From positions 1 to 52,891 of the forward strand of contig MQRK01214009.1 of NCBI GenBank assembly GCA_001938485.1: DNA of 52,891 bases, written 5' to 3'. This DNA comes from Girardia tigrina (Eukaryota). The notes beneath the pieces were generated by a model. It did no database searches. It was not told the origin of the DNA and saw only the letters and a program-made list of their open reading frames with translations. Within the stretch, counting starts at the first letter, position 1; each line of letters begins with the position of its first letter. The translations under genes and the position numbers were made by a program. Positions 1-11,686 of this stretch are shown piece after piece.

Positions 1-673
1 GAGTTATTCGACTGTCTATTTTTTTCTTTACATTCTTCACGGAGCTTCTAGACACGCCAACAAGTTTGGCAATTTTATATTGTGAGTGATTTCCTGCTTT
101 TAAAAGTCCCCAAATCTGATCGACCTTCTTCGGAGAGAGATCCGAACTTTGACCCATCTAAAAATATTTAAATGCAATTAAATTTCACAGAAAACGTAAC
201 ATTTAATTAACTAGTATACGTATAAGTATGGACAATATCNNNNNNNNNNNNNNNNNNNNNNNNNNNNNNNNNNNNNNNNNNNNNNNNNNNNNNNNNNNNN
301 NNNNNNNNNNNNNNNNNNNNNNNNNNNNNNNNNNNNNNNNNNNNNNNNNNNNNNNNNNNNNNNNNNNNNNNNNNNNNNNNNNNNNNNNNNNNNNNNNNNN
401 NNNNNNNNNNNNNNNNNNNGTAATTAATAATAGCAATAATACAAATAACAACTTCTTAGATTTCATTAGCTAAGGTGCATTTAAATGTAAAAATAACGAT
501 TTTTCTTAGTGGGTCTAATAATATGGCCAAGTACTGTATTATCTAGTAGGAATTTCTAAAAAATCTATTTAAAAAATACAATTTAGCGAAAAAATTATTC
601 GCTTAGTATATATCGGTAACCCGATTAAGTACGTGAAGATTCAATCCCCAGGGAAAAGCGGCAATTATAAAAA

Positions 674-1620
674 ATTCAAATATTTGTTAAAATGTTAGCA
701 GGTAAAACCATAACGTTGGAGGTTGAATCCAACGACAAAATAGAGAACATCAAATCGAAGATTCGAGATAAGAAAGGCATTCCACCGGACCAGCAGAGAT
801 TAATATTCGCCGGGAAACAGTTGGAAGATGGTCGATTGAGCGATTACAACATCCAGAAGGAATCGACTCACCATTTAGTCTTACGTTTGTGTGGAGGAAG
901 TTCCGAGGAAGATAAGCAGTTGAACGATAAGTTGAACAAAAGAATGAGATGGAAACTTCAGATAAATAGTGCAAGGAAAGACCAGTATTTTAGTCATAAT
1001 GACGAAGAGTTCAAAATGCTGAACAAAAAATAAAGAGAAATATACGATGAGAATACAAATGAATATAGAATAATGATCAAGTTGGCTAGAAAACTCCAAA
1101 GAAAATAAGTGGACGAGTTGGGCAGTGAACTGAAACAGTTAGTGCTAGCCGATAAGGAAGTTGAAGATCACATGGAAAAAATAGAAGTAAATAAAATCGT
1201 TGAAAAAGGACAAGAGAAAGCTTCCAAAAACGAAATTGAATCGAAAGAAAGAGCTGATGATTTAGAGTAAAGATTAAAAGAAAATATTCCTATATCTGAA
1301 AAAAAATCAGTCAAATTAGGATAAAGATAGAATAAAACGAAAAGGAAGCATCTGATCTTTGTTTAAATTTTATAAAAGATTTAAAAGTTCTTAAACAGAG
1401 GATCGAAAGTGGTGAACATTAGGTTAATAAAGACGAAGAATTTTGGAACAAAACAAAATTATTTGAGAATTCAAAAATCGAAAAGTCGGCAACAGAGATA
1501 AATCAATTACAAAAAGTAATTTTAAATCAAATTAAAAATATTAAAGGCGAAAATGGAAATATTAAAATGGATAATATTAACATGACAAGAAAGTTTTTTC
1601 CGTTACTTTCCACTTATAAA
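674..1620 (+). pseudogene. Ubiquitin domain (674-898) fused in frame to a long K/E-rich coiled-coil region, interrupted by stops; probable retroelement accessory ORF relic
   Basis: Reads [18 protein letters not shown]...HLVLRLCGG, 63/76 identical to canonical ubiquitin by manual count (ATG>ATT at 674, T55 deleted, R74C). The same frame continues past TAA 1031 as REIYDENTNEY...VDELGSELKQLVLADKEVED...ERADDLE. The tail is not a ribosomal protein or another ubiquitin. Confidence 0.85.
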
Positions 1621-1696
1621 TAAGAAAGAAAATTACCATTCTAATGCTATTTTTTTGTTAATTCATGTTTATAAATATTTTTTGACAAAAAAATCA

Positions 1697-1701
<5 letters not shown>

Positions 1702-1743
<42 letters not shown>

Positions 1744-1811
1744 TTNNNNNNNNNNNNNNNNNNNNNNNNNNNNNNNNNNNNNNNNNNNNNNNNNNTATAT
1801 ATATATATATA
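1702..1811. repeat. (TA)n microsatellite spanning an assembly gap
   Basis: atatat runs on both sides of the N stretch; similar runs near 27280 and 50680. Confidence 0.95.
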
Positions 1812-1867
1812 TTAATTTGTGTCATATGATCACTTTTCATATTAGATTTAAAAGGTTGTCGGTAAAA

Positions 1868-2491
1868 ATGGAGTTTTCAAAATCTAACAGTCGATTCTAT
1901 GCATACGTTGAGTGTTAAAATGGAATGACTGTAGATGAAACCTATAGAAAGTTGTTCAATGCGTTCCCTGATGATTGCCCAAAGGAACGCACAATAAGAA
2001 ACTGGTTCAAAGATCAAGAAATCGAAGATTTAACTAACAAACTGAGATATAGTGGTAAAATATACAATGATTTGTATTGTGAAAATACAGAGAAAATATC
2101 GGAATTGAACTCAGAAACGAAAATGTTAGAAAAAGAAATCGATATTCTAACAAATGAATCAGAATTGTCAATTGAAGATTGTGTCAAAATATGTGATGAG
2201 TTGGAGGAAACCAAAGTAATTTTAGAAAATAAAGAAGAAACACTTAAACAATTAGGAAAAAGTTTGAAAGAAAAAGAAAGTAAAATATTGAAACCGGAAA
2301 AACTAGCGCTCAAAGTAAAAGAAATAGAATATGAGAAAATTAGAAATCAAAAAGTGGAACCAAAACGATTTGATATATTATTGGAACGAACTTCGACAGA
2401 AAAGAAACTTGGTTCAGAAATAATTAAACAGTACAATATGTTGCGGTCGAGAATCAATTATAAGACAATAACACGCAATCCACAAATATAA
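1868..2491 (+). pseudogene. Mariner-type N-terminal HTH (1868-2014) joined in frame to an unrelated coiled-coil ORF
   Basis: MEFSKSNSRFYAYVEC*NGMTVDETYRKLFNAFPDDCPKERTIRNWFKD fits the mariner first HTH pattern (L..AF.D..P...TI..WF). After this the frame becomes an E/K heptad-rich sequence with no transposase motifs. Confidence 0.7.
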
Positions 2492-2569
2492 CATGCAGCA
2501 AACACAAAGAAAAAAGGCATTTAACAATATAATACATGTATTTGAGACTAATCAAAACATTACATGAAC

Positions 2570-4402
2570 CCTGAGATGATCTCCGATCTCCTTACAGGCC
2601 AGCGGAGCACTGAGGGCGCCGCACGAAAGCTAGAAACATAATATAAAGAAAATAGACAAAGTTGAATAAAAACCTACCCGATAACGGAAATCGAACAAAC
2701 GCCCCTCTACAGTTAGAAAATAGTAAGGCGCATCCGTGAAGGTGACCCACCGGAAGATTACATCATCTTGAGAGAATTTAGAAACCTTAAAAGAATAAAA
2801 GTTAATTAAAAACAAACCCAAAAAATGATAAAGTTCCGTACTGAGCTTCCCAGTAGACATAGGAGATCATCCAACCCTCTCCAAAGAGCTCTCCGTGAGC
2901 CGAGTCCATGACTGAGACCCACGAGATGATAACGCATTCCGGAGCCAAGATATAACCCCTGAAAGATTTAGAAATTAATTAAAAATATAAAGAAAATTAA
3001 TTAAGACTTACATGATTCATGCCCACAAAGAGAAAATAAAATCATGCGATGAATAAGCATTATTCATCAATGATAAAGCCGTCATTGTTTAGTGACGTAT
3101 TACCTAAAAATAGTAACGCCGACAAATTAGAATGAAAAATTAACAAATGAAAATGTAAAGTTACCAGTCCTGGCCAATCAGAAGGAGCCACGAAGAAAAT
3201 GTATCACTACGAGACAAATACTGTTATAAATACAACAGTAATTTCGATTAGAAACAGACGCAAATTAGAAACTAGAAATTAGAAATTGAGATTAAAAATT
3301 AAAAACTTAAGTGAAGTGAAAAGAAGACGTGAAGAAGTATTTTCGACATTTTGAGAAACAGTTTTGGGAATCTAAACATCCTTAATCGGAAATATTTGTA
3401 CCAGAAGTTAACGGAACAATTTGCAAGAGAAAATGATTAGCAATTTTCCTCCAGCGAGTATCAACATTGAATGTAAATTTTGTTATTGTAATTTTCATAT
3501 ATCCTAATATATGTATAGTATGAGAATTGCCTTGTTATTTATATAGTAAATAAATAAAATAATTTTAATAGAGACTAAGTTTAAGGTAAGGCAGTAAGCC
3601 AGTCCTCGTCGTTGACTGTTATTCCAGCCAACCATGTCCCGACTAGTTGACAAAGAATGTGTAGAACCCATGATTCCAGAGAGGAGGACGAGACTGCGCC
3701 TCTCGCAGCACGTGAAATGTCTTCATAAAGACTAATAATTGTTAGGAACGAGAGATAATCAATAAAAATTATGCTGCCAAACGCTTATGTTTTGACTGAA
3801 GATGTGAAATGAGATGAACTGAGTAGAAATAAAAAATGAATAATTGTGATACTGATAGATAGACAAGAGATAACTGACGCGAAATAAATTGATAATTCGA
3901 GAGAGTTAATGTAAATCTGTTGTTGATATAAATCTAAATGATATAAATCTAACTGATATAAATCTAAACGTTATAAATATAAATGGCGTGATATAAAATA
4001 AATTGATATACGATATACAATGATGCACAATAATATATAATAATGATGTTTTCATGAATTTAGACCAACCAGACACAACAGTGCCGCAAGTCTTAAATAT
4101 TACATAACAGTGCTTCAAGTTATAATCGTCGACACATTTTATACAGGCATGAGCGATGCATTCACTAGAGGAGAACATAACATGAAATCGACCCCCATCG
4201 ACACTGATCTAGGCCTCTGATCTATGGGGGCCTATATCCCGTCCTGTCTTTAACCGAACCCGCAGGCCCTCGGAGCTTGGCACTGCTAGCCAGATGTCAA
4301 GTAAGGAGAGGCGTCCGACCCGTGTACAATCAAACATATTACAGAGAATAAGTGAATAAATTCATAAAATAACATTTGGTTGTGGTTGACCCTTAATAAC
4401 CA
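2570..4402 (+). mobile_element. Long LTR-like sequence (at least 1.8 kb; left boundary uncertain)
   Basis: Non-coding, with degenerate internal repeats (2570-3000), CCAAT and TATA boxes, AATAAA near 3550 and 4355, and a 15-bp tandem GATATAAATCTAAxT near 3925-3985. It ends in ...TAACCA immediately before a tRNA-Pro PBS. Confidence 0.6.
3172..3232 (+). promoter_or_regulatory. CCAAT box plus TATA box (putative LTR U3 promoter)
   Basis: GGCCAATCAG at 3172-3181 and TATAAATA at 3225-3232, in canonical order and spacing. Confidence 0.55.
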
Positions 4403-4403
4403 C

Positions 4404-4421
4404 TGGGGGCTCGTGAGATTT
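4404..4421 (+). other. Primer-binding site complementary to the tRNA-Pro 3' end
   Basis: TGGGGGCTCGT-GAGATTT versus canonical PBS-Pro TGGGGGCTCGTCCGGGATTT: 11 exact nt, then a 2-nt deletion. It lies one base after a CA dinucleotide. Confidence 0.75.
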
Positions 4422-4447
4422 CGAAAATGTTCTAACTCGAGAGGGTC

Positions 4448-5130
4448 ATGACAAATAAAAAGAAAAAAATTGGTTAAAAGCGAAAGAACAAAAAATGAAT
4501 TAAGGATCTTTTCTGCAGAAGCAATAGTAAGCGATATGTTGAAAGAGAAACAAGAATCGAGAGAAGAAGTTCAAAAAGAAATAATGTGGGAAAAAAGATG
4601 TGAGACTTTTGGGAACAAAAATAAAAGAGAAATCGAAAATTCTCAATGTTTGAAAAAGTTTTTGACGTTAAATGTTCAAGACGAGCCGCAGTTGAGTCGC
4701 TTCAAAATGAATATGAAAGCCATTGAGCGAAAAGAAGAAATTATTACTTTGAAGAGTAATGTGATGGTTTATCCGCTAGACAGAGGCGGTTTGAAAGTGA
4801 AAGATCATCAAAATAGTGTAATTGCAAGAGAATATTTGATAAAGGACATATAAATCAATTGGATAAACCGATGGGTTGAAATTGCTAAACTTGGAACTCC
4901 ATCAGATGCCCTGGAAAATTCAAAGTCAATTGTTATTGGATTAAAACATTGGAAATCGAGAAAGAAAAATGATCCAATGTATCGAAAGATAGAGAATTAG
5001 AAGAGGACAAAGAAAAAGAATGGAGTGATCCAAATAATTGACAGTTGGAAAAAGAGAAAGAAAAAGCAGGATAATTCCACAAGAAGAACCACTTAATCTC
5101 AAAACAAAGGTTCTTTATAATTGCCAATGA
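4448..5130 (+). pseudogene. Decayed K/E-rich ORF internal to the LTR element
   Basis: ORF 4470-4853 plus frameshifted charged continuations, lying between the PBS and PPT; no recognisable domain. Confidence 0.4.
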
Positions 5131-5302
5131 GAAGAATAGTGTAAATAAATTTGTACAAATATGTACTAATAATAAGTTGGTTGCTAAAAAAGTTTTTGTT
5201 GATAAAGTGATAGTTCTTTCGTGATGAAAATACGGTTATAGTTTTGCTAATTGTTGGCCAGGTAATTTTCTAGAGAGAAATAAAAGGCTTAATGATTCGG
5301 TC

Positions 5303-5315
5303 AAAAGGGGGAGAA
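5303..5315 (+). other. Polypurine tract of an LTR retrotransposon
   Basis: AAAAGGGGGAGAA followed by TTTGG, which could be a mutated TGTGG LTR start. Confidence 0.55.
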
Positions 5316-5718
5316 TTTGGAGAGGAAATTAATCGGTTTGGCCGAACATTTTGCTTGTTTAGCAAAATTCATAAATAAATTATATAATTAATAAAAAATA
5401 ATTAAATTAAATAATTAAAAGTAATATAAATTAAATAATTAAAATAATAAAAAGACCTTACAAAGAAAAATTAAATTAAATAAATTGAATTTTTTGTACG
5501 TGCGGTTTGTTATTTGCAATTTGTCTGTGAATGATTTTTGTTGTAAATAGTATAAAGTTGTCAATGAATAGTTGATTCATTCTTGAGTTTTGTTTGAATG
5601 GATCAATTGGTAAATTTGTGTGTGTGACTGAGTTGACACAATTTTGAAAAACAATTTAAAAATAAACGTTTGAACTTCTTTTCTGGCTTATTTCTGAATA
5701 AAAATAAAAAGTCTGAAT

Positions 5719-6088
5719 TTGAAATTTGACCGATTTTCAAACTATTATGATACATTGGTAAAAGAAAACAAGCTCCATTTTGCTGTTAAATCGAACAATT
5801 TATTGAATGTGTTGAAATATCTCGAGAAATACTCGAAACAAAACAGCCGATCGTCATCGTCCACTAAATCCAAGAAACTCGATCTCGATTATCGCAATAA
5901 TCACTGATTCCCATATTTACTGCCATCACTGACTTCACTTGAAGCTGAAATTGAAGCGTTCAATAAAAACCGAGAATTCGAAAAGTCAGTGATGTCTGAT
6001 TTTGAATTAAAAAAGGCTAAAGAAGATAAAACTCAAAAAAAATTTTGGAATCGGCCCAAAAAGGCAAAGACAAATTAAAATCTGAAAT
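5719..6088 (+). pseudogene. Unidentified host-like coding relic, truncated by a gag fragment
   Basis: The frame continues through a single TGA (5905) as FPYLLPSLTSLEAEIEAFNKNREFEKSVMSDFELKKAKEDK. Composition switches abruptly at about 6089. Confidence 0.4.
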
Positions 6089-6830
6089 TTGTAACTTTTC
6101 GTATGGTGTGTGGTGTGCCAGTAATTGCGGCAAATGTTTCTGGAGGGTTGTTAATTGCCCTGATGGAATGGATGTCAACAACTCGTGGAAGAGGTCCAGT
6201 TGCCCGCTAATGTACATGGATCTTAGTTTGAAATCCATGACGTCTAACCAGAGTTGTGGTGATCCCGTTTCGTCCTCGAAGTATGAAATGAACCTTTTAG
6301 TCGTGGGTATCACTGACGGAAGCTGTGAAGAAAGGTTCGAAATCGGTGTCACGCTTGTTTCTTGTTTGTCAATCGGTATTGGTCCCGATCCGTTTGTGTC
6401 GGACGATGAATCTGACCCAACATGTTCTGTAGTTTCAGTTGAGTTCGCATTCGCCTTGGCGTGTGAGCAAGCATGGGGGGGTGTCGTTGCGGTACCTTTT
6501 TCGGAGGTTTGCCCCCTGCCAGTGGGATGTGACTTCATAGTGTTGTGTCGTTCACAATGTTATAATCTGATCACGTTTTCTGGGGTCTGAGCGGCTTGAA
6601 CCCGCGATACAGTGTGACCATGTGGCCGGTTGTACTGGCGATGTGATCCAATGTTAGTGAAATTGTTTCATTAATGTTGACTGTCTCGTAAAGGTGAGTT
6701 TCACCCGTGACGGTGATGCGTATGTTCCGTGACTCTTGTTCCCTATCGGGATAGCGTATGTTGGTTGTGTTCGTTTTGTGTTCTCCGAAAGCTACGTGGT
6801 CTTTGTGTAGTAGTGAAGTGTCACTTGAGA
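6089..6830 (-). mobile_element. Gypsy-type gag N-terminal fragment with upstream leader
   Basis: SPQLWLDVMDFKLRSMYI...FHELLTSIP...TPYEKL resembles the P.LW...F..LL..LP...PY..L gag N-terminal pattern; GC content is elevated. Confidence 0.5.
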
Positions 6831-6946
6831 TGTTTTTATGTCTTTTTGTGAGATTTAATATACATTTACGAAAAATAATTTAAAAAGTTTTAATAAGACC
6901 ATTATGTGTCACAGCAAAATATAGATATAAAATCATAATCATAATA

Positions 6947-7534
6947 TCTTATAAAAGCCCAAGTCACTCACTGCCTGCCTCACTGCCTCACTAACGCTGT
7001 AAGGTAAATTTTTGAAATGATTTTATAACCAATAAAGAAATAATTGTATATTAATAAATAAATATTAGACTGATATTAGAATGAATGCGATTTTTGTAAA
7101 AAACTGATAACAGTTTTTTTATTTTTTTTTAAATATTTTGTTTAAGCGAATAACAATTTCAGTAAATTTTATCTTATAAAAGCCCAAGTCACTCACTGCC
7201 TGCCTCACTGCCTCACTAACGCTGTAAGGTAAATTTTTGAAATGATTTTATAATCAATAAAGAAATAATTGTATATTAATAAATAAATATTAGNNNNNNN
7301 NNNNNNNNNNNNNNNNNNNNNNNNNNNNNNNNNNNNNNNNNNNNNNNNNNNNNNNNNNNNNNNNNNNNNNNNNNCAAACTTTGCATTAAACAGAAATAAA
7401 AACTTTTGTTATACGATTTTTTATACTCGAAACACTGAAATTTTCAATAAAAATGCTTTAAGAAAAAAGTCGCGTGATCTAATAACATTGAACACCCGGC
7501 AAGAGAGGGCCGCGAAGCGGGCCGAGCGCGCTAG
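6947..7534 (+). mobile_element. Non-autonomous Helitron with a duplicated 5' end
   Basis: 5' A|TCTTATAAAAGCCCAAGTCACTCACTG at 6947 and again at 7172. 3' GC hairpin GGCCGC-GAA-GCGGGCC (7508-7523), then CTAG|T at 7531-7535. No TSD. Confidence 0.8.
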
Positions 7535-8270
7535 TCATAATAATAATGAAATGAAAGATAACACGAGAAGAATGGAAAGTGGTATGAGATAAGACGCATC
7601 CACCGATTAAATGACAGAAACACGTGGAAAAGAAAATGGGTAGACAAAAAATTACGTGTCTGACTTGCTCAGCTTCGCTAACAGCTCCACATTGCGGCGA
7701 ATCATTTGAGATCGGTCTGCAATTGTGATGGGAAGATCCCACTTCTGACACCAATTTGGCGAGTGCAATTTGCACCACCAACTGCCGTCGTTTGGAACGG
7801 GAAGAAAAAAGAAACAGATCGAACATAAAATATATTGACACATAACACGTAAACACGATCCGAATCGGCAGAATAGAGACGTCTATCGGCATAATCATTG
7901 AGATGGATACTCGCGTATTGTCTGGGCATATTTGAGTTGATGATTTAGAGTATGTTGATGTTGCTGACTGTAATTCTGGTTTGTGTTATGATTAATTCCG
8001 GTTTTTATTCTGTTCGCCAATTTGCTTCAGTTAAACAAAAACATTAATTCTGTTCATTCATTTAATTTCATGAATTTTTATTTAAATTGATTTTTGTAAT
8101 TTGGTTTCGTGTTTTTTTGAACACCACATCCACAAACATATATGACCTTTAATTAGAAGGGGGCTAGTCAGATGAGGTGCTCGAACTCGTAAAGAATTCA
8201 CCAATTATATTCACATAAACATTATTATTTATTATCATAAATAATAAATAACCTTTTATTATTTTAACAA

Positions 8271-9834
8271 GGCTTGTATTTTTTCGCTAAGTATTTTAAT
8301 AAAATGCTAACTTTTTTTTAAAAAATGCTAAGTTATTTAATAAAATGCTAAGTTTTTATTTTAAAAATGCTAAGTTTTTTAATAATGCTGTTGGGGTTCC
8401 AAAATTCATTTTTTAAAAGAAAATTATTTTTGTATTTCGAGAGTCAGATAAAAAAGAATTGAATAAACAAATAATTTGAATTCCCAAAGCCGAAATGATT
8501 AAAGCTCAGGTTCTATTCATAAAGTCACAAAAATTCAAAACACAATGAAAATATAATTCTTTATTAAAACCGATTTAATTCAATCATTGAGCAGTGCTCT
8601 GGAAGTTTTCTTTGACCTTCCACGCCTTCTTTTTCCCCAATGGGCACTTTTTTTGCTGCGGGAGGTGCAGATTAGAGCTTCAAGCGTATAGCAAGTCCTA
8701 AAAGATGCTTACAGACAAAACATTTAAGAAAATATGGATAAGTGCATGAACCAGTATGCCAATTTTCATTGTTTCGTGGACGAATTACAAACCAAACAGT
8801 AAAAGCCTTTACTTTAAAGTCATCAAAAGTTGACCATCTCACCTCCTCGACAATTTTAATTTCATCATCAGTAACACTTTGCTTATGAGCTGTAGGAACA
8901 GAATATATAAATTCAAATTCTGTTTCTCTAATGCTAATATCTTTGTTCATTCTGACCCACTGATATGCTGTCGTCCATTGTTCTAAAGATGGTTCTGTTT
9001 TTTCAAAAAAGATTTTATCTTTATCCTTTTACAGATTAGATCATCTTTTGATTGAAGTTAATGAAAGTTCCATAAATCTTCCTAGTGGATACCTTTCTCT
9101 GAACGTATCTTCGTTTTTAATGACATTATTAAATGATTCTAGTGCATTATTTGTAGAAGGTGTTCTTTTCTTTACACTTTCATACCAATTTGAATGACTA
9201 GAGAACCATCCAGAACTAAACATATAATCGATGAAGCCTTGCCAATTTCTCCATTTTATGATAAAGCATTCCATTGCTTTATAAAAAATTTCTGAATTTG
9301 AAGAAAGCTGAAGCATATCAATATCTTCCATTACGACTGTCTGAAGTCTCTTATTTGTCAAAAGATGCACATGCTTCGCTGTATTTCTTCGCATGTGAGC
9401 CCAACACATCACCAGAAGCTTATCCACTCCAAATACATCCAAGAATGCATTTCGAATGACATTCGATACATCTGAAATTAAACACCTATAATAAACTTTC
9501 TTCCCGTCTGCAGTCTGGTTTTTATAGTGATAGGCTAGCCACTGTTCTAAATTTATAGTAGCAACAGCTTCCGTCTTATTCGCGAAATATGGGATTCTCA
9601 TATCAATTATATAAACAATTTTTTTAAAAGGTTTTTAAAATTTTTTTTAAATGCTAAAAAATAATTTAAAAATTTTAAAAAATTAATTACTTAGTATTCT
9701 ATTAAATAACTTAGTATTGTTATTAAAAAAAACTTAGCATTTTAATAAATAACTTGACATCTTTTTAATTAACTTAGCATTTTTAAAATAAAAACTTAGC
9801 ATTTTATTAAAAACTTAGCAAATATATATACCTG
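8271..9834 (-). mobile_element. Mutator-like (MULE) DNA transposon, internally deleted
   Basis: Long TIRs built from AAAATGCTAAGT sub-repeats; the 9-mer TTTTAACAA flanks both ends (8262-8270, 9835-9843). Confidence 0.85.
8583..9601 (-). pseudogene. MULE transposase with SWIM zinc finger
   Basis: LISD...IRNAF...MCWAH, STNNALESFNNVIK, degenerate SWIM CTYPYFLKCFVCKH and basic tail KRRRGR. There is a stop at 9041, and the region with the first catalytic Asp appears deleted after VYYRC. Confidence 0.85.
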
Positions 9835-10098
9835 TTTTAACAAATAATAAAATAATTACAAAATACAATAACATAATACCTAGGTTATAATTTTTATTTC
9901 GGGAGGATAATGGGTTTTGGCGTTGAAATTAGATTTCATAAGCTTTATGCTTATAACTTATTTTCTTCACAATCAAAATCATGAGGTATGGTGCTCCTGA
10001 TAATTTGACTGTAAATTATTGTAAAAAATTCAAATACGCAAATTTACTGTGAATTAAAAAACAGTGAATTAAATTTTTTTTCAATATTATTTGTTCAG

Positions 10099-10988
10099 GG
10101 GGACAAGTACCCTACATTGTTCGCTGTGAGCGTCCATACCAGTTACGATTATTATTGATTATCTTTTACTTACGTTTTTTATGAAAAATATTATTATTTA
10201 TCACATTTGACTTAGTATATTTTCAGTAATTAAAATCGCATTTATATTTTCAGTTATCCAAACAATTAAAATCAAAATTTGTCAAAGGATTCATTTATTC
10301 TTTAACAATCAAAGGATTTTATCAGTTTACTCAGATATTTCTAGGAGCAACACCTGGCCTCTTGAATTTCGGTATTAACGGAATATACTGAATAAAGTTT
10401 TCGTAAAAAACAAATAAATAATTAAAACTAGTAGCGTGCGGTGGGTTTTGACATAGGAGAAACCATAAGCCAAACACATAGGTATATATTTTTTTTGAAT
10501 TTTTTTATTAAATATTTCCTAACAATTACACAACAATATTAAATTCAAAACAAATTATTAAAAAATTTAATAACTAACCTTATATTCGCTCATCACTTCA
10601 GAGTACAGCTAAACGATTGCAGAATGATTTTGGTGAAAATCTTATTTTTTGACTCTTATTTTACTAATTTATATTAAAAAAAAAATACTACTTTTATCAA
10701 ACATATCAACGAATGTGATAAAGGAAATAATTGTACGTTAATATTTCAAGTTATTAGTTAAAAAAATTAACAATTACAAGATATAATATAATAGATAAAA
10801 CAATGAAATTTGTGCAGAGACAAGGTATATTATATTACAATTGCTCTGCAAATTTCATTCATTATTACGATGAAAAATTGTATGGAATCATATTTTAAAT
10901 TGCTTCTAGACTTGCTTATGAGCGTGACAAAGATGAGCAATGTTGTACAGTGGGAGCGCAGCGTGTTCATGATATGTTTCCTTTCCTC
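10099..10988 (+). other. Possible small exons of an unidentified spliced gene or pseudogene
   Basis: GC-richer islands bounded by AG/GT: ttcag|GGGGACAAG (GQVPYIVRCERPY), ttcag|TTATCC (LSKQLKSKFVK...GATPGLLNF), and caag|GT (10825) ...ctag| (10909). Frame not resolved. Confidence 0.3.
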
Positions 10989-11108
10989 GTAATAAGTAAT
11001 ACTTTTATTGTTTCCAGTAGCAAGACTCCCTCAGATCATATCTGATTCAATGTTTTGTTGTTTCAATGAAAGTAATTGTAACAATTTAAATAGTATTGTA
11101 AAAAATTA

Positions 11109-11637
11109 AACTAAAGGCGGAATAAAGTATATTTTTGGTATATTACAAAATATAATATTATTTCTTTAATATTTATTTCTCAATTTAAATGAGTTTCTCA
11201 AGTCCTTCTTTATTTCTTCAAGATAGAAATTGCAGATTTATAGAATATCAATTTTTTATCCAGAAAAATGAAAATATTTTTTGCGAAAACAGGTAAAAAT
11301 GTGTCAGGTGTTGATGAAAGTTTTAAGGTAAATGATAAAAGGGCCCATCGGTGTAACCTGTTAAAATAATCTTCTATTAATATTTTAACTTTATTAAATA
11401 CAACTGTTTAAACATTATGTAATAATTATTATCTCTGATATTCTTAAATGGACTTCATCATACTTGCAGTTGCGCAACAATTGATAAAGAGTCAAATGGC
11501 CAATTTGTGAATCCAACAAACCTTTTCGAAAATATTGAATAATAAATTATTATCATTTAAAATATTCTTTTGAAAAGTGAATTGACACCGTTGATAATGT
11601 CATGAACCTGTCTTTGATAAAAAAATAAAAGAAATTT
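11109..11637. repeat. About 528-bp direct duplication, copy 1 (copy 2 at 18485-19012)
   Basis: About 17-18 differences by manual comparison (roughly 96% identity). Confidence 0.95.
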
Positions 11638-11686
11638 CATTTAAAAATATTTTATGAATGATTTTTGTCTTCATGATTATCTAACA

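Noticed and set aside
203-473. ORF-track entries spanning N-gaps, and antisense ORFs overlapping TE genes (e.g. 6045-6590, 24993-25329, 48706-49383)
   Set aside because: Artefacts of N runs or shadow frames of real TE coding sequence.
674-1033. Functional polyubiquitin or ubiquitin-ribosomal protein gene
   Set aside because: Single unit, lost start codon, 13 differences including a deletion, and the tail is not eL40 or eS31.
7652-7843. PHD-finger-like tail VPNDGSWWC on the minus strand
   Set aside because: The remaining zinc ligands are absent; too short to support.
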